From a virus: DNA of 64,000 nucleotides. The DNA is taken from IMG/VR virus record IMGVR_UViG_3300020057_000041, positions 3,455-67,454 of that record; one strand, given 5' to 3'. The notes under the pieces were generated by a model. It saw only the letters and a list, made by a program, of their open reading frames with translations, searched no databases and was not told where the DNA came from. The translations under genes and the position numbers were made by a program. This document shows, piece by piece, positions 17,381 to 28,615 of this stretch. Numbering within the stretch: the stretch's first letter is position 1; every line of letters begins with the position of its first letter.

Positions 17381-20300
17381 GCAACCCAAAATCCCCCGAG
17401 TACGTCAACTTCGGCCTACGGACTGCGCAGATCGCCGTCGAACTCGCTGACGCGAAGCGCGATTACTTCGCGGGCGAGCCTGGGATCACGATGCAAAGGC
17501 GCACGGAACTGGAGGCGGAACTGGCGACCATCAAACTGCGGCGCGAGGAATACCGGGTGGCGCACAACGATGCTGCGGCCAACGCCAAGCGCAAGCAAAT
17601 TGAAATCCTGACCAAGCGGCTGGAGGGCATGGGCCTGGGGCATCTGATAGAGGAAGCCAGGGTCGAGGCGCTGGAACAAACGGAGACGCAATCATGACAG
17701 ACCGTGAACTGCTGGAACTGGCGGCTAAGGCTGCGGGGATGGTTGTGCATGCTGGCCATCAAAATGGTCGTGACGCTTGTGGTGCGGGTGATATTGGGTT
17801 GTGGATTGTTGATGGAGCCAGTTGCTGGAACCCACTCACCAACGACGGCGATGCGCTTCGGCTTGCGGTGATGTTGAGATTGCAAATCACCATCACCGAA
17901 GGTGTACCTGAAGATGCATCAAGTGGGGATGCCGTGGAATACGCCGCCACCCGTCGCGCCATCGTTCAAGCTGCCGCTGAGATTGGTAGGGTAACGCTAT
18001 GAGCGACAAAAGAACACCAAACATCGTGGCGACAGCGCCCGAGCGAATCTATCTTGTGATCGGCGAGGATGTCGATAAAAGCACAGATTTTGCGGACCTT
18101 TGCGGCGAGGGCATTACTTGGTGCGAGGACAAGATCGACGGCAACAGTATTGAGTATGTGCGCGCGGACAAAAACGCGGAGCCGATTGGCTACATCTACT
18201 CGAATAACGGAGTGAAGGTTGGCGCAATCAACCGGTACGATGTGCCGAATGGAACGCCACTCTACACGCACCCGCCCGAGTCAAGGGTTGCGGAACTGGA
18301 GGCAGCTTTGCGGATAGCGTCTGATGCGCTTGTGCCACTTCAAAACGCCCACCTCCCGATAGAACGGGAAATGCTGACGGATGAAGATGTTAAGAATGCA
18401 GCCGATGCCATCAGCACAATAATCGCAGCACTCGCAGGCAATCCAGCGCCACGGCTGACGGATGCGGAGACAGAAAAACTGCGAGCTGAAGCCGCTGCCT
18501 ACAAATGGGCTTATGAATATTTACAAAGCCGCATGAACAGCATTGATCGGAACGGCTGGGCGCATGATTGCGACGGAGAAATTGAGCACCGCATCGAAGC
18601 AAAGGTAAGGGGTACGACATGAGCAGATCAGGATACACAGACGATTGCGAGGACCAGTGGGGCCTCATACGCTGGCGTGGCGCCGTCAATTCGGCAATCA
18701 AGGGTAGGAGGGGACAGGCGTTCCTTTGCGAGGCCTTGGGGGCTCTTGATGCCATGCCAGTCAAAGAGTTAATCGGCGAGTCGCTTGTCACGGCTGATGG
18801 CGAGTTCTGCACGCTTGGGGTCGTTGGTGCAGCACGCGGCATGGATATCGCGGCCATTGACCCGGATGATCGGGTCGCGGTTGCCAAGTCATTCGGGATT
18901 TCCGAAGCGCTTGCGGCGGAAATCATGTACGAGAACGACGAATGCGCCGTCAGCAACTGGCTGTATCTCGACATTGAAATATGTGGCCCCATGCGATCCG
19001 GCTACCCGGATCGGGGTAGTCACAAAAGGTCTGTGATGGTTGCCAATCCGCGCGTCGCTGAAGAGCGATGGATTGGCATGCGACGGTGGATCACATCCCA
19101 GATCAAACCGCACGCAACCCCCTCCTTCGTCGCAAGCGAAAGGGGATCGACATGATTCGAAAAGTCGTTCTAGGATCGATTCTCGGCGGCGCGTTTGGGT
19201 TCGTCCTGGGTGATGGCGGCATCACCTTCGGCACATGGCATTTCTGGATCGCGCATGCACTGCTTGTCGGGCTGATGTTTAACGTGGCGCTCGACTGATC
19301 CCTACCTTGGAGATTGAAATGTCGAAAGAACAAGCCTACCTAATCTGGTGCCCAGACCTGGGCGAAACATCAGACGATGGTCGCAGTATGGACGGTTACT
19401 GCGCAGAAGACGCGGTAGCCACATGGGCGCAGAGAGAGGATTCGGAAAGCGCCGATTACTGGATTGTGAAGGGCGAAGGCACAACCGTCATAGCGCGTTC
19501 GCCAGATGGCACCGAACAATCATTCCGCGTTATCGGCGAGCAGGCGATCAATTACTACGCCCGCGCCGCCTGACCCGCTGACTACTACCAGAGGACCGAA
19601 TGAAGAATTTCCGCAGCACGGTCGCCCGCCAAAAGCGAGAGATTTCCGCGCAGTACGCAGTGCTGGCGAAGCTATTCCCCGGGGCGTTCCGCAACGGCAA
19701 GCCAGTTGTGGCGACACTGACACCCACCAGAGGACCAAATGATGACACCAATCGCTGAAATCGTCGGCGGGTCACTCCGCTGGCACGTCCCGCACGCCGC
19801 CTACGCGGTGCCGGTAGAGTACCTGCGCGGATCACACATGCTGTACGCCGCCACCCAGAGTGAGAAATACGACCCACTGACTGACTATTTGCGAATCCGC
19901 CTGCGTCTTGCATCCGCAGACTTCCTGACTCTCAGCGAGCCAATGCGCGAGGTTTGCGCCGAAGCCGCCGACGCCCTGCAAGCCCAGGCCGCTGAGATAG
20001 CGGTGCTTCGGGCTGCTCTGGTGCGCCTGCAAGCCGATGGCATTCACTCGTGCCACGCAGACTGCACGCGGTCGGGATGCGTCAATGCGCGGCTGCGAGA
20101 GGAGAAGGATGAACTTGCGAAACTCGCAAACGCGCTGCTTCATCAGATCGACATAAATGATTTTCAGGACAGCCATGGACACAGTGCGAAAAGTTTTAAG
20201 GCCGTCCACGACCTAATGTTGGCACTGGCACCGACCACCGGAGAGAAGCCATGACTGAAGAATACGACCCACTGACTGAGGACCTGATCGAGCAACTGTT

Positions 20301-22226
20301 CGCGCGGCGCGCGTACCGCTGGGTGCACGCAATCAGTCAAACGCCGCAAGCCGATGGCCTTGTCCAAGATGTTTTGTGCCAAAAATCCGCCCTTGCTCTG
20401 CAGGCCCAGGCCGCTGAAATAGCGCGGCTGCGCGCAGCACTGACCGCCATCCGGCTGCAGTGTGCTGGGGATGCAAACGGAGGCGCGACGACGACTTCAA
20501 TCTGTGTCGTGATGCATTTGGTTGACACGGCCCACCCACCAAGGAGCAATCATGAGCACGATTAATTGCGTCGGGAGTGGCTGCAAAGCGGACTCCATGA
20601 TGGCCCGTATCCTAGCCCAGGCCGCTGAAATAGTGCGGCTGCATACCGACGGTATCCATTCGTGTCACGACGGCTGCACAAGGTCGGGATGCGTCAATGC
20701 GCGGCTACGGGCGTGCATGGATCAAGCGCGCACTGCGTTGTTTCGCGCAGGCCGAACCACGACGGACATAGACGTACTTAGCGAATGCGAGTCTGTCGTC
20801 GCTGCCATCGACGCAGCAATGGGAACGACACGCAACGTCACAGCACTGGAAAGCCTGCGTGCATGGAACGCTGAAACCGATCCCGACGTGGCATCGGCGC
20901 TCGATGATCTGACGAAATCCAGGGGAGCGACATGACACTACCCCCGCTGTCGCCAGTGTTTGTGGCCGTGGCCCTTCCGGCGCGCGATTGCGAGACGCTG
21001 CACGCCTGGGCGACTGCATACGGCAGGACTTGCGCTGAAGCGGAGCAAGCCGCTTGCATCAAAATAATTGCCGATTGTGCGAGGTACGTTGACGGGTTTG
21101 CAATTGCAATCGAAGCAATAAAAGCGAGGGGAACGATATGAGCGACAAAGTGCTAACGGACGAACGCAGGACTGCGCGGAAAAGCCACAAGTGCGATGCG
21201 ACTGCGTGGTTCCACAACTACGGCATGGGGCGGCACGACTTGACACCTGAGCAGCAGGCGATATTTGATGCGGCTGAAGCTGACAATGGCCGTATCCTGC
21301 CGGGCCAGGTGTACCACTACCAGCGGGCTGTGTACGACGGGCGGATGCAAACATGGAGGGCTCGGCTGGACATGCAGAGCGTGTGCATAGCCCATGGGCT
21401 CTTTGATGACTGATACGAAAGGAACGACATGAGACCGTGGTACTGGTACAAACTACCATTCTGGCAACTGGTGAGCGAGATCACGCCACCGACGACTGCG
21501 ACCGCATCGGCAGCGACGTACACCCCAACGTGGAACAGCACGGCTACGATATGACACCACCACTGCCCAAGCCCGACCTCGAAGATCACCCGCACGAACT
21601 GTGGGGACAGAACGTTTGCTCAGATTTCGTCACCGTCGAAAAGATGCGCGCATACGGCGAGGCTCGCGCGGCAGCGGAGCGGGAGCGTATTTGCGCGGCA
21701 ATACAAGCCGAGGACGACCACTGCGCCAACTTTGATTACATGCTTGACTCAAAGGACTGCATCGCAGTTGCGCGTGGCGAATGGGTTGCGCCCGTTGCCT
21801 TGGAGGTGGCAAAATGACGAAGCGCGATGATGAATTCGAGGCTTGGTTTGTAGCAGCGCCGGAGCCAGCGTGTCACGATCCACGGGCCGCTTGGCAAGCA
21901 GCTACCGAGCGTGCTGCGAAGTCTTTGGATGATGCCGCCGATGCACTTATGCCGCCAGGCAAGCGGGGCAACGCGGTAGACCGGCATTGCGCCGATGTGT
22001 TGCGGGGCCGGGCCGCCGCTATCCGGGGAGCTTAACGATGTATGAAGACACAGGCATCAAGTGGTTGCAAGCGAGCCGACTTATCGAACTGCTCGCGCAA
22101 CTACCGGTTGACGCAAAAATCAGCGTAAACGCAGTTGGCAATTTGCTTGCGGCGGATGGCCAGACTGATCAGTTATTGGCATATGTCGATTTCGGCGGCG
22201 ATGGGTCCGTGGAGCCGTTGAAATGA
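17377..22226 (+). other. array of about 16 small coupled accessory CDSs (e.g. 17377..17697, 17694..18002, 17999..18622, 18619..19155, 19307..19573, 19739..20254, 20251..20565, 20552..20935, 20932..21141, 21138..21413, 21551..21817)
   Basis: Same-strand ORFs with ATGA overlaps and RBSs; no recognisable functions. Confidence 0.65.
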
Positions 22227-22735
22227 ACCCATCCATGAGCATGTTTGCCAGCAAGGCCGATTACGACGCGGCAGTGGGTGCAGTATTGCGCATCGTACCG
22301 GTTGACCTCAAGACCGCAAACGACTTTGTGCGTCGGTTGCATCGACATGCGCGGCCCGTCGTCGGGCACAAGTTTGCCATTGGCGTAGAGGCTGCTGGAG
22401 TGCTGGCTGGCGTGTGCATCGTTGGCAGGCCGGTCGCTCCGCGCCTAGATGATGGCAAGGCGGCAGAGATTACGCGGCTATGCACCGATGGCACCCGCAA
22501 CGCCTGCTCTATGCTCTACGGCGCGGCCCGCCGTGCTGCGCGTGAACTTGGACACTCGCCGGTCTATACCTACACCCTGCCGAACGAAGGCGGGGCCAGT
22601 TTGCGCGGCGCAGGCTTCAAACTGGACAAAGAGGACGCGGGAGGCAAATCGAGCGATTGGCACAACCGTCCCGGCAGAACAGCGCAGCCCGTCGGAGACG
22701 ACCTGATAGGCGGGAAATGGCGATGGATCGGCTGA
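22223..22735 (+). CDS. XF1762-family / Mom-like GNAT-fold protein
   Basis: ANDFVRRLHRH...VGRPVAPRLDDG...EITRLCTDGTRNACSMLYGAA...TYTL..EGGASLRGAG. Confidence 0.75.
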   Translation: MNPSMSMFASKADYDAAVGAVLRIVPVDLKTANDFVRRLHRHARPVVGHKFAIGVEAAGVLAGVCIVGRPVAPRLDDGKAAEITRLCTDGTRNACSMLYGAARRAARELGHSPVYTYTLPNEGGASLRGAGFKLDKEDAGGKSSDWHNRPGRTAQPVGDDLIGGKWRWIG

Positions 22736-22856
22736 ACGCGACGCCTGACCCCATCAGCGCGGCCATGCCTGCACCAGCGCCCGGTGCCTGCTGGAGCATT
22801 CGGCGTAGATTTCAGCCGCACCCGCTATCCAGCGCAGCACAGACGCAGCCGTACCG

Positions 22857-23375
22857 TCATTTATTCACGGTTTCGATATCGGCTTGGCGCCCGGCACGGC
22901 AGGATTTGAGGGCGATTCTGAGCCGGTCGGCGCTGGCAGCAAGCCCTGCAAGAAATTCCCCATCAGGCTTGTAAAGTCCTGCTCCAGTGCAGCTTGCGTT
23001 GCCGGATCCAGCGGCTCCAGTGCCGGTAGCCGTGGCGACACCGCCTGAACCTGCGTCGGGCCGGTTGGGACGGTCCCGCAACCGGCCAGCAAGCTCGCTG
23101 ACACGAATACTGAGAGCGTGGTTTTCCGCATTTGCGATTCCCCTTTGTTTGTCGGCTTTGGCCTGTAGTTCGTCGGTCTTGCGCGCATTTGCCATCAGCA
23201 GCAGCCGGTTCTGCTCAGCAATGTTCAGCCGATCCGCCTGCCACTCGGCCCTGACCTCGGCTCTGCCAATGTCTTGCTGATGCCCGGCCCACAGGTGATA
23301 GGCCAACGCCAGGGCAGCCAGGGCAGCCGCCACGGCCACGGCGCGCATGAGGATAGGGGATAGGAACATCATCAT
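22857..23375 (-). CDS. i-spanin (Rz-like)
   Basis: N-terminal TM helix and coiled coil; follows the endolysin. Confidence 0.75.
   Translation of the reverse strand: MMMFLSPILMRAVAVAAALAALALAYHLWAGHQQDIGRAEVRAEWQADRLNIAEQNRLLLMANARKTDELQAKADKQRGIANAENHALSIRVSELAGRLRDRPNRPDAGSGGVATATGTGAAGSGNASCTGAGLYKPDGEFLAGLAASADRLRIALKSCRAGRQADIETVNK
22865..23131 (-). CDS. o-spanin (Rz1-like lipoprotein) embedded in Rz
   Basis: Alternate frame MRKTTLSVFVSASLLAGC lipobox; Pro-rich. Confidence 0.7.
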   Translation of the reverse strand: MRKTTLSVFVSASLLAGCGTVPTGPTQVQAVSPRLPALEPLDPATQAALEQDFTSLMGNFLQGLLPAPTGSESPSNPAVPGAKPISKP

Positions 23376-23944
23376 GCAAACCGCCCGCCTGCACGCTCAT
23401 ACGCATCTTCCAGGGCCGACATCTGCCGCATTTTCTGACCAGGGTAATTGGCGCCCGGCAGCGATGCCCAAAGGTTGCTCACCTTCCCGACTGCGATCTG
23501 GAAATGCCCGGCGTCGATGTCGGCCAGCGCGCGCCGTTCTTTGATTAACTGAATCGCCCAGCGGTCCTGTGATGCCGGGCCGAAGTCGGGCAGGTGCAGC
23601 AGGGCTTTGTAGTGCCAGTAGTCTTTCCTCATGAATTGGTAGCGGCCCGACGCAGTGCTCCAAATTTCGCCCTTGACGTGCTTTGCCGAGCGACCGGATG
23701 AAAACGGGTGCGCGCGGTAGTCGGTGAATATCTCGTGGCCGTCGACGCCCGTGACGATCACGTCGTACCCGCGATCTATGGACAGCGGATGTGGATCGGT
23801 GCCCTCGGCAAACGCGATCATGTCCAGGAACGCTTTGCGGTTATCCGGTGGGGCAGGCGCGCGAACAGCAGGCGCAGGAACGGGAACAGGGGCCGGAGCC
23901 CGCGCTTTAACCCATGCCGCGATAACGTCAAGCAGCCATTTCAT
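23372..23944 (-). CDS. endolysin, lambda R-like transglycosylase
   Basis: AFLDMIAFAEGT...STASGRYQF...DFGPASQD...WASLPG. Confidence 0.9.
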   Translation of the reverse strand: MKWLLDVIAAWVKARAPAPVPVPAPAVRAPAPPDNRKAFLDMIAFAEGTDPHPLSIDRGYDVIVTGVDGHEIFTDYRAHPFSSGRSAKHVKGEIWSTASGRYQFMRKDYWHYKALLHLPDFGPASQDRWAIQLIKERRALADIDAGHFQIAVGKVSNLWASLPGANYPGQKMRQMSALEDAYERAGGRFA

Positions 23945-24147
23945 ATCGAGTCCCACTTGAGCCTTTTCCCGGCATCAAACCCGCGCTGCATGGCCGAGCG
24001 GATCAACTTTTGCAACTCTGCCACTGTCCAGACCGAACAGTCCTGAGTTGCTGCGCACGATTTGCGCTCGTCATCCGTCATCGCAACGCCCTCTGGCAGC
24101 GATGCGCATCCGGCCAGGATCAGCACGAGAACGATTGCGGTTTTCAT
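23941..24147 (-). CDS. small lipoprotein
   Basis: MKTAIVLVLILAGC lipobox. Confidence 0.65.
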   Translation of the reverse strand: MKTAIVLVLILAGCASLPEGVAMTDDERKSCAATQDCSVWTVAELQKLIRSAMQRGFDAGKRLKWDSI

Positions 24148-24322
24148 GGCTATCCCCCGAGGTTTTTGATATCGCGCTGCAGTACCGCGATGCGATGGCC
24201 GGTAAGGAGAATCGACTCGGCCATTTCGAGCGTCGTGCGATTCGGCAACGCCATCAGCTTGCGCTCACGCTTGAGCAACCACCGCAGCCTCAGCCGCTTG
24301 TACCAAAGATGGAGCAGGCGCT

Positions 24323-24682
24323 TCACGGCGGCTTACCCGCTATCCACGCGTCGGTCTGCTGGGGCTCAAAGTCGCTCGTCAGCGGCGCCGGCCGGCTTGC
24401 GCGGCTGCGCTCTTTTTCGATGCCGTTGACGTAGCCCTTCCGCTCGCGCCCGGTTGCGATGTCTTCGGCCTGCTGGTTGCTCAAAACGGCAGCGTTCTTG
24501 ACTGCGACCATTTCGAGTTTGATCTCTTCAGCACGCTCGGCAGCCTTCGCGTTATTGCGCCAAGTAAGAAATGCGATGATGCCCGCCGCCGCCGCCGTTG
24601 TCACGGCTGCAAGATTGGCGAACAGCGAGTTGCCCCACGATTGCACCATCGCAATCAGAGCCAGAATTACTTCGTCGCTCAT
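24323..24682 (-). CDS. membrane protein, holin candidate
   Basis: Hydrophobic N-terminal half; located in the lysis cluster. Confidence 0.45.
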   Translation of the reverse strand: MSDEVILALIAMVQSWGNSLFANLAAVTTAAAAGIIAFLTWRNNAKAAERAEEIKLEMVAVKNAAVLSNQQAEDIATGRERKGYVNGIEKERSRASRPAPLTSDFEPQQTDAWIAGKPP

Positions 24683-24743
24683 AGCAAAAGCATCCACATG
24701 ACGCCCAGCGCCAGCGACATATCGAGCAGCGCAATGGCAGCTT

Positions 24744-24926
24744 TCATCGCTCGACCAGGCGCTTCCATATTTCGATCACGAGGATGATGCAGATGAACAA
24801 CCGGATCAGCCATTGACTGAGTGATCCCAGCGCTTTCCCGAAATAGCGAATCTCGTGCCATGTTTCTACCCACCTGGTGATTCGGTCGATTTTGGATGCG
24901 CGGCGATAGTGTTCGTCATCATTCAT
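24744..24926 (-). CDS. small single-TM protein (holin/antiholin candidate)
   Basis: WLIRLFICIILVIEIW hydrophobic segment. Confidence 0.4.
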   Translation of the reverse strand: MNDDEHYRRASKIDRITRWVETWHEIRYFGKALGSLSQWLIRLFICIILVIEIWKRLVER

Positions 24927-25124
24927 CTGCCTACCTAAAGATCACCCAACCAGTCGACGAAATCCTGGTCCACGAGGTGCTTTTGCCACTCTTCCATGCT
25001 CATGTTTCCCGCGCGATAGCGAGACATCCAAAGACTGTATTCGTGCTCACGCGCGCCCCTGGCCAACTCTTCGGCGGTCAGTTCCACCGTGATGTCGTGC
25101 TGCGGGCGCATCATTGATCCATGC

Positions 25125-25769
25125 TCATGGGTGGGCGTCGAGCCACGCTAGCATGGCCGACTCAGTCAGCATCACGCCGTCGACTGTCATGCCTGTGGCG
25201 ACGATGTACTGCGCGATTGCGGGATTGCTAAAGCCCAATCCTCGCGCGTACTGCGCAGCACCGAGATAGTCGCAGTCTTGCATCAGATCGGCGAAGCGCT
25301 CTTTTTGCGCATCCGTCGGCCCGGTGGTCGGCTCGGGCGCAGTGACGGTCGGCAATGTTGGAGCAGCGATTGGCTCCTCGATGTACCCGCCACGTTCCGC
25401 GAATCGTGCAATCTGGTCCGGCGTGTATCCAAACGCTGCCCCAAATACTCGGGCCTTTGCGAAATTTCCGCTTCCCAGTATCCTTGTGAGCGCAGCCTCA
25501 TCAACCGCCGATATACCGCTCCAATCCGATGTAGCGTTTTGACCAACGCCTTGGGTGTCGTAGGACCGCAAGAACCCACGCATGCGCTCCCGGGTCATTG
25601 CCACGGGGCCGTATTCGCCCCGAGATACCTGGCCGGCTTCAAGCTTGCCGGTGTCTTCGACATACTGTGAAATCTGGTCCTCGGTGTAGCCAGAGCGCCG
25701 ACCGAAGTCAGCAACAGCGCGATAGTCGCCCTTTTGCACAAGCGAATTGAATTGTTCAAGTGTTTTCAT
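25125..25769 (-). CDS. hypothetical protein with three internal helical repeats
   Basis: GDYRAVADFGRRSGYTEDQISQY / GNFAKARVFGAAFGYTPDQIARF / CDYLGAAQYARGLGFSNPAIAQY; has its own late promoter. Confidence 0.7.
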   Translation of the reverse strand: MKTLEQFNSLVQKGDYRAVADFGRRSGYTEDQISQYVEDTGKLEAGQVSRGEYGPVAMTRERMRGFLRSYDTQGVGQNATSDWSGISAVDEAALTRILGSGNFAKARVFGAAFGYTPDQIARFAERGGYIEEPIAAPTLPTVTAPEPTTGPTDAQKERFADLMQDCDYLGAAQYARGLGFSNPAIAQYIVATGMTVDGVMLTESAMLAWLDAHP

Positions 25770-25808
25770 GGCCGCATTGTTTTGCCCTGGCTGGGCTTTG
25801 ACCAGAAA

Positions 25809-25820
25809 TGCCGGGGGCAA
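25809..25820 (-). promoter_or_regulatory. late-promoter activator site
   Basis: TTGCCCCCGGCA-tttc-TGGTCA-17nt-AACAAT-6nt-ATG. Confidence 0.75.
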
Positions 25821-25821
25821 C

Positions 25822-26178
25822 CTACATGAGCGCGGCCTTGAGGTAGACAGTCCTGTCCTTTTCCTGCCCGTCGGCGCCGACGACGTGAAACGTGACCCAG
25901 TATTTGGTGTTGTTCACCAGCGCCGCGCCGGCTGGGGCTTTGATGATCCGAGACTTGATCACCTTCGTCCCTGAGTCATACCCTGCCGCCGGGTTCGTGC
26001 ACGACAGATCCGCGTGCGTCGTGACCGCGTGACTGGCGTAGGTCGTTTCCTTGTCGGTAAGCCACAGACCAATCTCCAGCGGGATGTCGATGATGTCGTC
26101 CTTGTCGAAGAACGCCCACGGCTTGACAACCTCGTCAGATTCTGCGGTGGCATCGTTCCATGCTGCTCCTGTTGCCAT
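25822..26178 (-). CDS. putative tail-fibre adaptor / Ig-like virion protein
   Basis: FDKDDIIDIPLEIGLWL...YWVTFHVVGADGQEKDRTVYLK; lies in the tail cluster. Confidence 0.55.
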   Translation of the reverse strand: MATGAAWNDATAESDEVVKPWAFFDKDDIIDIPLEIGLWLTDKETTYASHAVTTHADLSCTNPAAGYDSGTKVIKSRIIKAPAGAALVNNTKYWVTFHVVGADGQEKDRTVYLKAALM

Positions 26179-26179
26179 G

Positions 26180-27271
26180 TCATTCTCCAAAGTTGTAGGT
26201 TAGGCCACCACTTGGAAATGTGTGGCGCATGTCATCGACCGGCATCGCGTATCGCATGTCATCGACCGGGAAGGTGTATCTCCAGTGCTCGGATGTGGTG
26301 AAGATCGCGTTCGGGTCGTCGTACCGAACGGTCGAAACGATCGTGCATGCGCCCAAAGTAATCGACGAACTGCCCTTGATCAGAACCGTGGCAGTGCTGG
26401 CGAGAGTCGCGTCGCCAAGGGTCGCCGTCGCTACCGCTTTGATCGCAAGGGTCGAGGTAGATACCAGGGTGGCAGCGTCCAGCGTAGGCGACGCCTGGGC
26501 CCGCAGCGCAAGCGTTCCGGTCGATGCGACTGAGGCATCAGCCAACGTCTGGGACAGCACTCCGACCGTCACAGCCTGAGATGTTCCTTGCGCTGACAGC
26601 GTGGCCGCATCCAGTGTTGCAGTCGTCGCGCCCTTGATTGCGAGCGTGCTGGTAGCAGCTATGGTTGCGGCATCGAGAGTGGCCGATGTAGCAGCTTTTA
26701 GCGCCAGGGTAGCAGTGCTGGCCAGCGTGTCGTCTGCCAGGGTCGCCGTGAGCGTGCCAGAACCTGTTACGGCAAATGCCCCAGTGGCGACCAGTGTTGC
26801 ATCGGCCAGCGTCTGCGTCGTCGTGCCCTTGAGTGCTACTGTGCCGGTAGCCGCAACTGTTGCAGCATCAAGCGTTGCCGTGAGCGTGCCAGATGTAGTA
26901 ACTTGCCCTTGGCCCGTTGCATCAATCGTTGCAGCCGCTAGCGTACCTGTCAGCGTGCCTGTGAGGGCCAGTGTGCCCGTACCTGCGACAGTCGCAGCGG
27001 CAAGCGTTGCGGTCGCTGTGCCACTGATAGCAAGCGTGCCCGTCGCTGCAACGGTAGCTGCGGCTAGTGTTCCGGAGAGCGCGCCCTTTAGCGCAATGGT
27101 TCCGGTCGACGATACCGTTGCGGCTGCTAGTGTTCCGTCGAGGGTTGCAGATATTCCACCCCCACCAACCGCATTAACCTGCGACCACCCCGTCGGCGTT
27201 ACCCGGCTCGATGCTGCGGTGTCGTCGCCCTGTTGCCAGCCGTTCGGGGTGACGCGGCTAATCGTAGCCAT
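26180..27271 (-). CDS. Thr/Ala-rich repetitive virion fibre protein
   Basis: Many ~20-aa repeats of the type TLxAAT(V/L/I)xxTGTxAxxG. Confidence 0.7.
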   Translation of the reverse strand: MATISRVTPNGWQQGDDTAASSRVTPTGWSQVNAVGGGGISATLDGTLAAATVSSTGTIALKGALSGTLAAATVAATGTLAISGTATATLAAATVAGTGTLALTGTLTGTLAAATIDATGQGQVTTSGTLTATLDAATVAATGTVALKGTTTQTLADATLVATGAFAVTGSGTLTATLADDTLASTATLALKAATSATLDAATIAATSTLAIKGATTATLDAATLSAQGTSQAVTVGVLSQTLADASVASTGTLALRAQASPTLDAATLVSTSTLAIKAVATATLGDATLASTATVLIKGSSSITLGACTIVSTVRYDDPNAIFTTSEHWRYTFPVDDMRYAMPVDDMRHTFPSGGLTYNFGE

Positions 27272-27274
27272 GAG

Positions 27275-28615
27275 TTACGTCCTGATCTGAGGATCGACGT
27301 AGACCGTGATCGACGGTTCACCGACAACAATGCGACCGGATATGTGGCCGTTCTCGGCGGGTGTGATGCTGGAATTAAGACCACACTTACCAGACCAGGC
27401 CGTAGCATCCTCCCCAGTCCACGATCCCAATCCCGCCCCTGCGGCTTGATTTGCGGGCGTGCCAAGCAGAACCATATGGTCGTTGTAAGCCGTAGACCGT
27501 GTAGACGCGTTCGTCGTCTTGCCCAATATCTCCGCCCACACCTCATCGTTCTGAAACGCAGTGGCTGACAGGTTCCGCAAAATCTCGAAGTACGGCGTCA
27601 CTGCACTCAAGGTGCTGTTGTAGAAGCCGAAATACGGCGTTTCAAATGGGTTGGTTGGAGAGCAGGCAGCAGTTGTGACGATTTTCCACGACTGCGCCGC
27701 TGCGCCTTCCGTAAAGTAGATGCCGCTGTCGCTTACGAGAGTTCCTGTCGGTGTCTCGTATCTGAACAGTCCGTGCGTGTCACCATTACTGCAATCGATC
27801 ATCATCAAACTAGAACCCGCAGCCGCAGCAGGCCAAGCACCATCCGACAAGGTGAGGGATGCCGGTATTTTGCATCCAGCTATTAGTGCATGGATGGAGC
27901 TAAACGCGCCCACCTCAAATAACGAGGTAAACGCGAACTGAGATAAGTCGCTATTGAGTATGCGTATATCCGGGTTCGTTGCGTTGGTATGTTCAAATGG
28001 ATTAACTTCCCATGCGGCCCCTGTGAATGTCACATTATCGAAAACAAACGTGCCCTGACCTATACCAACTTTAAATACGGTTCCAGCGGATGCGTTGATT
28101 TCGGTGTTCTCCATCCGTATAGTGGTGTTGCGCCCGGTGCTATTACCAACCGGCCCTAAATACACTCGTTTCCCAGTATTTGGCCCACGGTACTGAATAA
28201 TACAAGTGTCGAACGTCAGGGTATGCTCGATGCTAAGAGCAACGCCGAAATTTATTACATTGCTTGATGAGCTGGTTGTTCCGTTGCGGATATGTATACC
28301 AAAGATATAGGCACATCCGGTGATGTTCATTGAGGCAGTTGTGGCCCCAGGGCCTACTATTGCAGTGGCAGCTGTGACTAAAGACGTGGGCGGAAAAGCA
28401 GACGTATTCGCCGCACCAAGTATCCTAAGCCCCGGAGTGGTAGGGCAGGTCACCGTTATCCCACTAGCAGGCGCCTCCAGGTGCGCAGGGGCTACAAATA
28501 TCGTGTCGGCATTAGTCGATGCGGCGGTAGCAGCCGCCAGCGTTGTGTACGCATTGGCCCAGCTTGTCCCGTCGTTCGTGCCGACTGCGTTACTGTCTAC
28601 GGCGCGATCAGGCAT
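27275..28615 (-). CDS. putative tailspike/receptor-binding protein (beta-helix-like)
   Basis: GTNDGTSWANAYTTL...DTIFVAP start typical of beta-helix proteins; lower-GC centre. Confidence 0.6.
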   Translation of the reverse strand: MPDRAVDSNAVGTNDGTSWANAYTTLAAATAASTNADTIFVAPAHLEAPASGITVTCPTTPGLRILGAANTSAFPPTSLVTAATAIVGPGATTASMNITGCAYIFGIHIRNGTTSSSSNVINFGVALSIEHTLTFDTCIIQYRGPNTGKRVYLGPVGNSTGRNTTIRMENTEINASAGTVFKVGIGQGTFVFDNVTFTGAAWEVNPFEHTNATNPDIRILNSDLSQFAFTSLFEVGAFSSIHALIAGCKIPASLTLSDGAWPAAAAGSSLMMIDCSNGDTHGLFRYETPTGTLVSDSGIYFTEGAAAQSWKIVTTAACSPTNPFETPYFGFYNSTLSAVTPYFEILRNLSATAFQNDEVWAEILGKTTNASTRSTAYNDHMVLLGTPANQAAGAGLGSWTGEDATAWSGKCGLNSSITPAENGHISGRIVVGEPSITVYVDPQIRT

